A stretch of 64,000 nucleotides of DNA from Heterodontus francisci. Its lineage: Eukaryota. Below the pieces are notes generated by a model. The model worked only from the letters and a program-made list of their open reading frames with translations, did not search any database and was not told the DNA's origin. Made by a program: the position numbers and the translations under genes. Positions 53,016-64,000 of the stretch are shown piece by piece (position 1 is the first letter of the stretch; every line of letters starts with the position of its first letter). The stretch covers positions 88,281,257 to 88,345,256 of the forward strand of contig NC_090381.1 in assembly GCF_036365525.1 (NCBI RefSeq), written 5' to 3'.

Positions 53016-53612
53016 TATAAAATTGAAGATGTGCATGCAATTGATTCATTCATTATGTAAGAATACTAACTTGGTACAAGTTAGATTGCAGTATTTAAAT
53101 TAGAATTACAGATACTGTTATTCTTAATTTCTATATCATTCACAAACTACTTAAGATATACCTGGTTATTTATAGAACAAGAGTCACAGAAAGCTTCTGA
53201 ATCTATTTGAACATTTTATAGACCATTGCATTGTTATGCAATGGTCTACAGCCCTGCTGTTTGCTCCCTCTTTAACTTCTATCAACAGTATAATAATATT
53301 TACATTTATATTGCCCCTCAGTCTGTTGAAACCTTTCAATGAATTACTTTGCTGTGCTGTGACTATTGTTATGTAGGCAAACACAGCAGCCATTCTGCAG
53401 CAGCAATTCCATAAACAGCAGTAAAGTGACCAGTTAATCTCTTATTGAGATAATGGTTGAGGGAAGAATATTGGCTAGGATACCAAGAGAACTCTCCTCT
53501 GTACTTTCAAAAATGCTATAGATGTATGATGTCCAGGTGAACAGGCAGGCAGGATATTTAATCCAAAAGACAAGACCTCCAACATTTTAGTACATCCTCT
53601 GAAGTGCATTAA

Positions 53613-54179
53613 AGGACTGGATTTTCCTGGCTCGGTGGAGACAGTTTTGGAGGCTGGGAAAATGGGGGGTGGGGAGGGGAGCCATGTCGGGATGGCTCCC
53701 TGATGTATTTCCGCCTCCAGGGGATTTTCCTAGGGGCAGGCTGGGAAGAGGTTTGGCTGCCTGCTCTACAAAGGCGGGCAACCAATTAGTCCAATTAAGG
53801 CCCCACTTGGGGGCCATTTTGTGATGGGGCTGGTATTTTACCGCCATCAGAGCAGCCCCACTCGAGGTGGTGTCCTGGCAGCTCCGTCCAAATGTCGGGT
53901 CCATGGGGATGAGAGGTTGCTGCCATGTTGAGGTGCCCTCATGCTCACCTGCCTGCCTCGGCAGTGCCCACTTCTCTTGGTGGGGCTGCCAGCCTGACAT
54001 TGCTGTGGGTTCTCTGATTGAGCCTGCAGTCTCGGGAGCCCACCTGGCACGGTGGCAGCCAATTAGGAGGCTGCCTCCCAGAAGGTTGCACCAGTGGGCA
54101 CACTAACGACATGGGCGGGCTCGGGACCTTCCTATGGGCGTGATGCCGGCTGCTAACTCCTGCCAGAAAATTCAGCCCA
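53613..54179. mobile_element. GC-rich MITE-like element
   Basis: Termini ggactggattttc ... gaaaattcagccc, flanked by degraded DeuSINE sequence. Confidence 0.6.
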
Positions 54180-54466
54180 AAGTGTCAGCCTAGATAATGC
54201 TCTACAAGTCCTTGTGTGGATATGTCCTGGATAATGAATATCCTGGTCAAGTACATTTTGTATCAAAACTCCCTCTGGCTGCCAAATACTGCAAACAAAG
54301 CTCAACATCCATAGTGGTGCCAATAAGAGAGGCAAATAGTAATACAAGCTACAAACCTAAATTCAAATAGGAAAATTAGGCAACTACAAAGAGGCCCATA
54401 CTCCTATCACTTTAAATGATAATTAGGAGTATGTTCTAAATAATCATGTAACTTTTTTTTCACTAG

Positions 54467-54519
54467 TGAAATCATAAGTGAAAAGGAGACAATAAAAGGG
54501 AACCAAGAGCATTTGAATG
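54467..54519 (+). CDS. SPHKAP: SPHKAP small exon (~exon 10, 53 nt): EIISEKETIKGNQEHLN
   Basis: tttttcactag|T...G|gtaaga. Phase 2/1 exactly bridges the neighbouring exons. Resembles recalled ELVEEKKILKGQSESTE. Confidence 0.85.
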
Positions 54520-54616
54520 GTAAGATAATACTTGTGTTGGATAATAGAACAATACATTTCTGACTGACAACCGTTCCGCATGTGCCTGTAAATACATTGA
54601 ATCTTTTGTTTTGCAG

Positions 54617-54801
54617 AAAATATGTCTCAGTTGTCAATGGGTGCAGTCAGCTGCCATAGGGACTTTCTTGTGCTGAATTTTGACCTGAGCCCTGACTGCG
54701 TTGACTCTGAATTAAGAGCAATTTTGCAGTGGATAGCAGCTTCTGAACTTGGTTTTCCAGTGATTTACTTCAAAAAATCCCAGGAAAAGATGATTCAAAA
54801 G
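54617..54801 (+). CDS. SPHKAP: SPHKAP exon (~exon 11, 185 nt), start of the C-terminal AKAP110-type domain
   Basis: ttttgcag|AA...AAG|gtagct. Encodes LVLNFDLSPDCVDSELRAILQWIAASELGFPVIYFKKSQE. Confidence 0.95.
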
Positions 54802-55229
54802 GTAGCTTTAATTTCATTGCAATGTTCGCTAACTCTACTTCTTATTATTGTCTTCCCCTTAAAATGCTTCCTATACCAGATACCAGACTGACTCCCAAAC
54901 ACCTGGCAGTTGTGCTTTACATGTAGCTATCACCAGATGAGTGACAGCAGTATGGATTAGCTTTGGCCTTTGATTTTTTTCTCGCCCCTCTGCAGAAAAG
55001 ACTGGAAATAGATAAATGTACTTCCAGTACTCAATGTAAGTGACAGAACCACAACTGGCAACTACAGCCTAAGCTCAACAATCAGAAAAATGAAAACATT
55101 AATAGCCAGATACAAAATGAAGAGTGCCTATATTAAAATAACAGCAAATGCCAGACAATCTAACCTCAGAAGGTGGTATAGATGCTATCAGGAGGGCATA
55201 TAAGTCATATAACAACTTCTATTATATAT

Positions 55230-57505
55230 GGTCTGAAAAGAGGTGGCTGCTGAGATCGTGGATACATTGGTTTTAAATTTCCAAAATTTCCCTAGATCCT
55301 GGAAAGGTCCATCAGATTGGAAAATAGCGAATGGAACTCTGCCATTCAAGAAAGGAAGAAGACAGAAAGCAGGAAACTACAGGCCAGTTTGCCTAACATC
55401 TGTCATAGGGAAAATGCTGGAATCTATTATTAAGGAGGTTATAGCAAGTCATTTAGAAAATCTCAATGCAATCAGGCAGAGTCAACATACTTTTGTGAAA
55501 GGGAAATCGTGTTTGACTAACTTATTAAAGTTCTTTGAGGAAGTAACAAGCTACGTGACTAAAGGGGATCCTGTGGATGTGGTGTACTTTGATTTCCAGA
55601 AGGCATTTGATAAGGTGCCACATCAAAGGTTACTAAAAAAAAAGAGCCCATGGTATAGGGGGTAACATATTAACATGGATAGAGGATTGGTTAACTAACA
55701 GGAAACAGACAGTAGGCATAAATGGGTCATTTTCAGGTTGGCAAGCTGTAACTTGTGGAGTGCCATAAGGATCAGTGCTGGGGCCTCCACAATTTACAAG
55801 CTATATCAATGACTTGGATGAAGGAGCAGAATGTATGGTTTCTAAATTTGCTGATGACACAAAGACAGGTAGGATAGTAAGCTGTGAAGTAGACATAAGG
55901 AGTCTGCAAAAGGATATAGGTGGGTTACGTGAGTGGGCAAAGATTTGGCAGAGTGTAATGTGGAAAAGTATGAGGTTGTCCACTTTGGCCGGAAGAATAG
56001 AAAAGCAACATATTATTTAAATGGAGAGAGATTGCAGAACTCTGAGATGCGGAGGGATCTGGGTGTCCCAGTACAAAAAACACAAAATGTTAGAATGCAG
56101 ATACAGCAAGTGATTAAGAAGGCAAATGCAATGTTGTAATTTATTGCAAGGGGAATAGAATATAAAAGTAGAGATGTTTTGCTACAGTTGTACAGGGCAT
56201 TAATGAGACCACATCTAGAGTATTGTGTACAGTTTTGGTCTCCTTACTTAAGAAAGGATATAATAGCATTGTAGGCAATTCAGAGAAGGTTCACTCGACT
56301 GATTCCTGGGATGAGAGGGTTATCTTATGAGGAAAGGTTGGACAGGTTGGGCCTGTATTCAATGGAGTTTAGAAGGATGAGAGGTGATCTTACAATCCTC
56401 AGGAGATTTGACAAGGTGGATGCTGAAAGAATGTTTCCCCTTGTGGGAGAAACTAAAACTAGGGGGCACAGTTTAAAAATAAGGGTCAGAGATTTATGGC
56501 CCCTGAACGAGCGGGCAGGTGGCCATAAAATTGAATGGCAGGCAGAGGGGACCCCGCCCGACGGCAATTTTACGCAAGCAGGCAGCGGCGAGGAACAGCC
56601 CACCTGCCGCAAGTCAATCAAAGCCCTTAAGTGGCCAATTAACTGTCACTTAAGGGCTTTCTCCCACCGCTGCTGGTATTTTAATTTTTATTAAAATACC
56701 ATCGGCAGCAGAACGGCACAGGCACCAAAGTACACCACCAGGTAAAACCTGGCAGCTTTAATGTGAGCAGGGTGGGGCCCCTCCTGATTGGGCACCCTGT
56801 GCCCATGGAGGGCCGCCCCCGAAGCCCCAACCGCCCCCACTGCACAACACTGACCCCTCACCCCCTAGAACTGCCACAAATGACCCCCCACCTTGCATCA
56901 CCGAGACCCAGCCGATTATCTCTGGCAAAGCCCCAAAAACTTACCATCTTTCAGGCGCCATCATCCTTTCTTGCTTCCGATGGCTAAGTGTAGACACAGC
57001 AGTGGCCACCGCTCCCGGTGGCACTGCTGGGACTAAGAGTTGCCGGCCCGCTGATTGGCCGGCAGCTCCATTAGGCAGGACTTCCTGCCTCGAAGAGGTG
57101 AAACCCCCACCCAAAGTCAATTATGGGCCTGGGGAGCGAAAAATTCCACTTGGGCTCTCCAGCCAAGTGGAGGCGGGTTTGCCCCCGACTTTACGGCCAG
57201 TGGGTGGGGCCTCCCGCTCAACGTAAAATTCCAGCCAAGGGGTCTCCCATTTAAGACAGAGATTAGGAGAAATTTTTTCTCTCAGAGGGTTGTGAGTCTG
57301 TGGAACTCTCTTCCCTGGACAGCAGTGGAGGGTCATTGAATGTTTTTAAGGCAGAGATAGACAGATTCTTGACAAACAAGGGAGTCAAAGGATATCAGGG
57401 ATCGTCAGGAAAGTGGAGTTGTTTCCACAAGCCATGATCTTATGGAATGGCACAGCAGACTCAAGAGGCCGAATAGCCCACTGCTGCTTCTAATACGTAT
57501 GTTAT
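55230..57505 (+). mobile_element. CR1 ORF2 3' part, interrupted by a MITE
   Basis: GNYRPV, YFDFQKAFDKVPH, FADDTK and RNFFSQRVVSLWNSLP motifs. Confidence 0.92.
56484..57236. mobile_element. GC-rich MITE-like element inserted in CR1
   Basis: The CR1 sequence aaaat-aag-gggtctccc is split with a duplicated aag (56481-56483 and 57237-57239). Confidence 0.75.
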
Positions 57506-58209
57506 AATAAGTGTGATTTTATACCTTAGTTGCCAGTTGTAGTGGTATAAATGGGGGCTGGTAGCAGAACTTTGCACACTTTATGCTGCAGTGGGGAGGT
57601 TTTGGGGGGTGTGGTGGGCCAAACGTTCCATAGAAAATGTTCACCTCAAATAAGCAGGTGCTTCCTTCAAATATTCATTTGAGGGCAGGGCTATCCTACA
57701 CACCATTTCCTGAAATTTTCAGTGTGCAAGACATTGAGATAGATTTTCAACTTTCTGTCCCTGTGTAAAACTGGAGCAAATCGATCGCCTGGTAGAGAAT
57801 TTGACCGATTTTCATTTCAACCATGGAGTAGCGCAGGGAGCCAGCACACTTCAGCAGCCTTCAACGTGAGGTTAGGTGCGGGGTTGTTCTTTTCCTTACC
57901 TACAGATGCCTGCTTGAACCTTGAGTTTCCTTACTTCTGACGTCCCTTTCTCCTCAGACTTTGCACAGGTTTCCAAAAGCTGTCCGAGTTTCTGGGCTGG
58001 GGCTTTAGGTCTGCCAGGGGCGGGAACAAAGGTGAGTGGGTGATGAAAATAGTGTCGCCGGCCAGCATGCCGGTTTCCCATTTCCAGCGAGTTTCATCTG
58101 GGCGGGGTGGTGGGGGGGTGGGGGGAGACTGACTCCAAGAACCTGCCCGACCTGGTATTGAATCCAATTAAGATTGTCGATGAGCTTATTGAGAGCTCGT
58201 AGAGGGACA

Positions 58210-58557
58210 TTTATTTATTTATTTAGAGATACAGCACTGAAACAGGCCCTTTGGCCCACCGAGTCTGTGCCAAGCATCAACCACCCATTTATACTAATCC
58301 TACATTAATCCCATATTCCTACCACATCCCCACCTTCCCTCAATTCCCCTACCACCTACCTACACTAGGGGCAATTTTACAATGGCCAATTTACCTATCA
58401 ACCTGTAAGTCTTTGGCTGTGGGAGGAAACCGGAGCACCCGGAGCAAACCCACGCAGTCACAGGGAGAACTTGCAAACTCCGCACAGGCAGTACCCAGAA
58501 TTGAACCCAAGTCGCTGGAGCTGTGAGGCTGCGGTGCTAACCACTGTGCCACTGTGC
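58210..58557 (-). mobile_element. V-SINE (HE1-like)
   Basis: Highly similar to 38790-39115: tRNA head, V domain and CR1 tail. Confidence 0.88.
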
Positions 58558-59574
58558 TGTGTGAGAGTTTGGTGAGGACGCCTGGGCTGCACACCGGGTT
58601 AGGGGCAGACTAGTTGCATGGAGGCAGCAACACAGCAGGGAGCCCCTCATGGCCACCCCAGCGTTAATGGTTGAAACAGAGAGAGTAACCCCTCCTACTG
58701 TAGTGATGACATGGTAATAATTTCACATGAGCAGTAGGCTTGGAAGGAGCTAGAAGCACCATTAGAAGTGCTAGATAGAGATCCTAATGGAGAGTGTAAA
58801 TAGAATGTAAATGTAAATAAAGAGTTGATTTTTAGCTAGGCAGAGACTCCGAGATCTTTGTGAAGAACCCTATAACTTCGCTACCAACAATGAACAATAT
58901 CGTGACAGCGATATACAACATGAGTAATGTTTAAATATGGGTTCACAATCTTTCAGACCCACCTCCATTCCCATCCCATGGCTGCTAATTGACCGCCCAA
59001 CCTGAAAATCAGGGCCTGTGACTGTTACCCCCCCAGGGCAGGATCTGGACCCAGAAACAGTCCTGATGTCCATTTCCTGACCCTGGAAGGAAAATCAGGC
59101 CCTCTGCCTCCAATTTGTGAATCTCTTCATTAAAATACACTTATTTACAATTCTCCACTCCCTCTACTATTGTGTTCCCAGCAACCATCCAAATCTGTAC
59201 CTGAAATCTATGCAAATCAGCTAACCTAAGTAAAGAGGTTGTGAATGGCACACTGCCAGCTGAAACTATTTAAAACCTGCCAGTAACCAAGGACAAAACA
59301 TTGGACTTAATTACGAATCTGTCTGTGATCGTGTGAATGATCTCCGCCAACATTTGGGACCATTCCCTGTGTGTCTATTATTCATGTGCACAATCAGGAA
59401 ATTGAAGGCCAAGCCTTATAGCAGTTACAGTTAGATAATGAAGTATATTGAGGAAATGCTAATTAAATCTTTAAGAAGCTCTAGCAGCTGATAAATAATT
59501 TCTTGCAGTTCACATTATCTGTATTGTCTGGATCGGGGTTCTCAGCTTCTGAGGTCACCCTCCTGTGTTATATA

Positions 59575-60178
59575 CATATAGGAACATAGGACATAGGAAC
59601 ATAGGAGCAGGAGTAGGCCATTCAGCCCATCAAGCCTGCCCCATCATTCAATATGATCATGACTGATCATCCACTTCAATGCCTTTTTCCCACACTATCC
59701 CCATATTCCCTTATGTCATTTATATTTAGAAATCTGTTAATCTCTGCTTTAAACATATTCAATGACTGACCTTCCACAGCCCTCTGGGGTAGAGAATTCC
59801 AAAGATTCACAACCCTCTGAGTAAAGAAATCTTTCCTCATCTTTGTCCTAAGTGGCTTCCCCCTTATTTTGAAATTGTGTCCCCCGGTTCTAGACTCCCC
59901 AACCAGGGGAAACATCTTACCAGATTCTGCCCTGTTTATTCCTTTAAGTATTTTGTAGGTTTCAATGAGATCACCTTTTTCATTTTTCAAAACTCTAGAG
60001 AATACAGGCCCAATTTCCCCAATCTCTCTTCATAGGACAGTCCCGCCAACCTGGGAACAAGTCTGGTGAATCTCTTTTGCACTCCCTCTATGGCAATAAT
60101 AATCTTCCTAAGGTAAGGGGACCAAAACTGCACACAGCACTCCATGTGTGGTCTAACCAAGGTTCTATACAATTGAAT
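59575..60178 (-). mobile_element. CR1 3' fragment with (TATGTTCC)n tail
   Basis: RPHMECCVQFWSPYL and FFTQRVVNLWNSLP motifs. Repeated ggaacata at 59576-59602. Confidence 0.9.
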
Positions 60179-60306
60179 AATAAAAGCAAAATACTGCGGA
60201 TGCTGGAAATCTGAAATAAAAACAAGAAATGCTGGAACCACTCAGCAGGTCTGGCAGCATCTGTGGAAAGAGAAGCAGAGTTAACGTTTCGGGTCACTGA
60301 TGTATC

Positions 60307-60580
60307 TGGTGCCTGGACCCCTCACTGTCTCCGGTGCTCGGTCCCCTCACTGTTTCAGGTGCCTGGAGCCCTCACTCCCTCTGGTGCCTGGAGCCCTCAT
60401 TGTCTCCATTGCCCGGAGGCTTTGCTGTCTCCAGTACCCAGAGCTGTTACTACCTCCGGTGCCCAGAGCCCTCACTGCCTCCGGTGCCCGGACCCCTTGC
60501 TGCCTCTGGTGCCTGGAGCCCTCACTATCTTGGGTGCCCAGAGCCTCATTGCCTCCAGTGCCAGGAGCCCTCACTCTCTC
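60307..60580. repeat. 25-bp minisatellite, ~11 degenerate copies
   Basis: Unit ~ yggtgccyrgagccctcactgyctc repeated head-to-tail. Confidence 0.9.
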
Positions 60581-62770
60581 CAATAGAATAGAATCAAAGA
60601 ATAGCACAGCACAAAATGAGAACATTCAGCCCATCGAGCCTGTGCTGGCTCTTTTGAAGAACAATATAGTTCGTCCCACTTCCCAACTTTATCCCCACAT
60701 CCCTGCAATTTTTTCTCCTTCAAGTATTTATACAATTCTCTTTTGAAAGCTACTTTTAAATCGATTTTGACCATCCTATCAGGCATTATGAAGCTACCTG
60801 TCACCCATCACCAGCTGAGCTGCAGATCCCCATACCTGTCCTTTCGACATCACAATTCGAACAACCTCACAGCTCCAGGGCATCACCAACATTCCTCGCC
60901 TCCCTCCAGCACAACAGCGGGACTGGAACAACTACACACCCTTGTTCTTGCTTCAGTTTCCCCTCTTTCAGTTCCAAAGAAGGGTCACTGACCCGAAATG
61001 TTAACTCTGCTTCTCTTTCCACAGATGCTGCCAGATCTTCTGAGTATTTCCAGCATTTCTTGTTTTTATCCCCTCTTTCTATGTTTGAATAAATTGTTAG
61101 TCTTTTTCTTGGAGACTGATTTTGCAGTCTGTGCCTGCCACTTCCCCCTACATAATTCTGACTGTTAATAGCAACACCAGTGCCAAGATGTTCTACTTGT
61201 AGAATTAACAGGGCGCCCATAGCTTCCAGTTTTCTTTGCTTTTCTGACTGTTTTTAGGTCCTGCTTTTGCCTGATTTTTGTCTTCAGAGGGATTGATTCT
61301 ACAGGCTTTTCTCCTCACCTGCTTTCCTCTTTCTGTAGCTTCCTGCTGCCTCTGACGGGTGCCTAAATAGTTCCCACTCAAATGTTTCATTCTGCTATAA
61401 GGTCTGCTTTGCAGTTTCAATACCGGAAGCCCTCTCTCTATTAAAATTTCTATCCCCCCTTCGCACTGATAATTCAAACGGAACAGTTGGCTCACACCAT
61501 GCAGAAGCATGTGGTTGGGGGAGGGGGCAGAATGCTTGGAGAGAGCGGTAATAAATCAAACATAACACAGTCATAAAATAATCCTTTATTATTGGATCTA
61601 AACAGTGCAAAATGTATTCAAAATATTGCTGGCAGTTTAGTTTTAACGTTGAACTTGGTAAGTGAATTGTTGGCTCGTGAGAGAGGACACATGACTGACA
61701 TTGTGCTGACTGTGATGACTGCCAATCGGTCAGAAAGAGCTGAGCTGGTTTGGGGGCTACATTGATGGTGTTGGGAGAACCCACAGGGTGACAGTGGCAG
61801 ACCCCTTGAAATCTTCTCGCGGACCCTTAGTGGGCCATGGACCCCCAGTTGAGAACCTCTGATCTAGATTATCTGCAGTGATGGAGGGGAGATTTACCTG
61901 AGTAAGCAGTACTGACAAGGAGCTTTGCTTTGCTTTGCCTTGCTTTGCCAATGTTGCATATCAGCAGATTGGTGTGCTGATGAAATCTTCCATTAAGCAC
62001 AGATTGTATATTGAAGTGGAGGAGGCATCACAGATCAAATCAAAATACAGGAATTATAGGTTATTTCCATCCTATAAGAGCTTCCAACAATGAAAAAATC
62101 CCTGGACTGTGAAGGGATGTTGGAAGTACCTGAAATAGAATTGTCCACATGCTGGAAATCATTTCACTGTGTCAATATCTCTTCAGTGTCATGCTGAAAG
62201 TGATTATGGCCAGAGAAGACTTAGAAATTGGAGCCATGGTATCAAGGATTGTAACTAAGAAAGAAACAATTTGCTTTTATATATTCTTCCACATCCTCAG
62301 GATGTTCTAAAGCATTTTTCCCTGCATTACTTTTGTTATGTAACAAAATGGGGCAGCAACTTTGTACACAACAAAATCCCACAAACAGCGAATGAAATGA
62401 ATGATTGTTTGACTGGATTTTTTTTTTGAGGAAGGTATGCTCAGACACTACACAAACTCCCTATACCTTTTCAACTAGTCCAATGGGATCTTTTTTATCC
62501 ACCTTAATAGGTGGATGGGGCTTACGTTAACATCTCATCCAAAAGGCAGAACCTTCAAAAATGTGGCAGTCTCTCAATACAGCAGTTAAATGTCAACCTA
62601 GACGACTCTGTTTCCTGGCCAGCCTTTATTGTGGCATTCAACTCAACCATTCCCTACCTTTTACTCCTTTTTAGGATTTGTTCCTTCCAGTCAATATTTT
62701 TTGGCACATGAGACATTCTAGAATTCCGAGATCTGTGTGTGTTTGTATGTGTGTGTGTGTGAGAGAGTGT

Positions 62771-63543
62771 GTCGTTGGATTTTATGGGCCCCCCTGAGGG
62801 GGGTTGGAGGAAAGGAGCCCATAGAATCACAACGGGAAGTGTGAGGCAGAGGGCTTGTAGCCTCCCCATCGTCAAGCGATTTTGCCGGGCACGGGATAGG
62901 CTGACAGCGGCCTTCCTGGCCAGGGGCCAATTGAGGCCCTTAAGTAGCCTATTAACAGCCACTTAAGGGCCTCTTGCCCTGGCCACTGGGATTCAACCAA
63001 CGAAGGGGGATGCCTCCGCCATATGGGGAGAGTGCCTGGTAATACAAAGTGCCCTCCCTGAGAGCTTTGGGGGGATCCCTCCTCCATGGGCAATCTGTTG
63101 GCCTAGGAGGACCACTAGTAGCAAAACCTCCACCTCCATGGACACCCCTCCGCCTGCACCTCACACCCACCGTCCCACACCTCCCCCACGCCCCCTTGCT
63201 GGGGCTTTCCAGACTGGCCTTGGCAACCCTACCTCACTTACCTGGGGTGCAGGGCTGCAGCGCTGGGCCTAGGTCCAAAGCCTCTGCAGTACCCTCAGTG
63301 GCTACCACCCCTGGAAGTACTGCCGGTACTGCTGAGCTGCCAGCCCTGTGATTGGCCAGCAGCTCCTGGAGGCGGGGTCCCCATCTTTAAAGAGATGGAG
63401 ATCCCGGCACCGGACACGTCGGTTCTGGAGCAAAGCAGGATCACACCGGGCTGGTGGTGGGGGCTCGAAGAGGCTGAAGTGTGGTTCCCCCTGCCTTTTT
63501 GGCCCGGCCCCAGGAGCTTCACTGGCAACACAAAACCCAGCGC
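62771..63543. mobile_element. GC-rich MITE-like element inside a (TG)n tract
   Basis: Termini gtcgttggatttt ... aaaacccagcgc. Colinear with 11701-12400. (TG)n on both sides. Confidence 0.65.
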
Positions 63544-63679
63544 TGTGTGTGTGTGTGTTGGAAACCATTAGTTTTGTACTAAATCTTGGGTACTGCTTTC
63601 TCAACATGTTGAACAAGTTCCACCAATGATCGAGTATGTACAACAAGGCAGGAGAAAGATTTCTATTTATATAGACTCC

Positions 63680-64000
63680 AGAGACTTGAGCATAAACTCT
63701 AGGCTGATATTCCCATCACAATATTGAGGGGGTGCTGTACTTTCAGATGAGGCAGTAAACCGAGGCCCCATATGCCCTTTCGCATGGTTGTAAAAAATCC
63801 CACAGCAGCATTTGGGGTAGGAATGGATCTGGGCCGAATAAATTGGAATCAAAGATTGGCAGGAAAAATGGTAGCTGAACAATGGGCTACCTTCAAAGAA
63901 GAGATAGTTCAGGCACAGTCCAGGTATATTCCCTCGAAGGGGAAAGGTAGGGAAAACAAATCCAGAGCTCCCTGGATGACAAAAGAGATAGAGATTAAGA
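63680..64000 (+). mobile_element. DeuSINE fragment followed by a CR1 ORF2 fragment that runs off the window
   Basis: Deu-like gatgaggcagtaaaccgaggcccc. From ~63815 the sequence reads EQWATFKEEIVQAQSRYIP...PWMTKEI, like the CR1 region at 1855. Confidence 0.7.

Noticed and set aside
60307-60580. CRISPR-like array
   Set aside because: Contiguous degenerate 25-bp units with no unique spacers, no cas genes and a vertebrate context: a minisatellite.
54802-64000. SPHKAP terminal exon
   Set aside because: No WKVGD...LFDWLLE-like sequence was seen. It is probably downstream of the window.

Overview
Eukaryotic genomic DNA, almost certainly from a cartilaginous fish (shark/ray), judged from HE1-type V-SINEs, SacSINE1-type DeuSINEs and abundant CR1 and Penelope elements. 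The window holds the middle of one + strand host gene, SPHKAP/SKIP (SPHK1-interactor, a PKA-RI-anchoring AKAP). Eight coding exons could be joined with GT-AG boundaries and consistent phases: 16907-16966, 18344-18481, 21483(or 21417)-21744, 23006-26798, 47150-47305, 50893-50979, 54467-54519 and 54617-54801. They correspond to human exons ~4-11; the first exons and the last exon were not found in the window. Most other ORFs are decayed transposon ORFs or noise. The introns carry CR1, L2, RTE, Tx1/L1, Zenon-like and Penelope retroelements, solo-LTR-like inserts, a hAT MITE, a GC-rich MITE family and three SINE families, often nested with readable target-site duplications (TSDs). The most unusual signals are (i) a full-length APE-RT LINE that begins with a tRNA-Thr(AGU)-like Pol III head and shares both head and tail with short SINE-like copies, (ii) hammerhead-ribozyme cores in inverted Penelope pseudo-LTRs, one ending ~60 nt before an exon, and (iii) a possible tandem in-frame acceptor in exon 6. 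Homology calls come from recalled motifs; no database searches were run.
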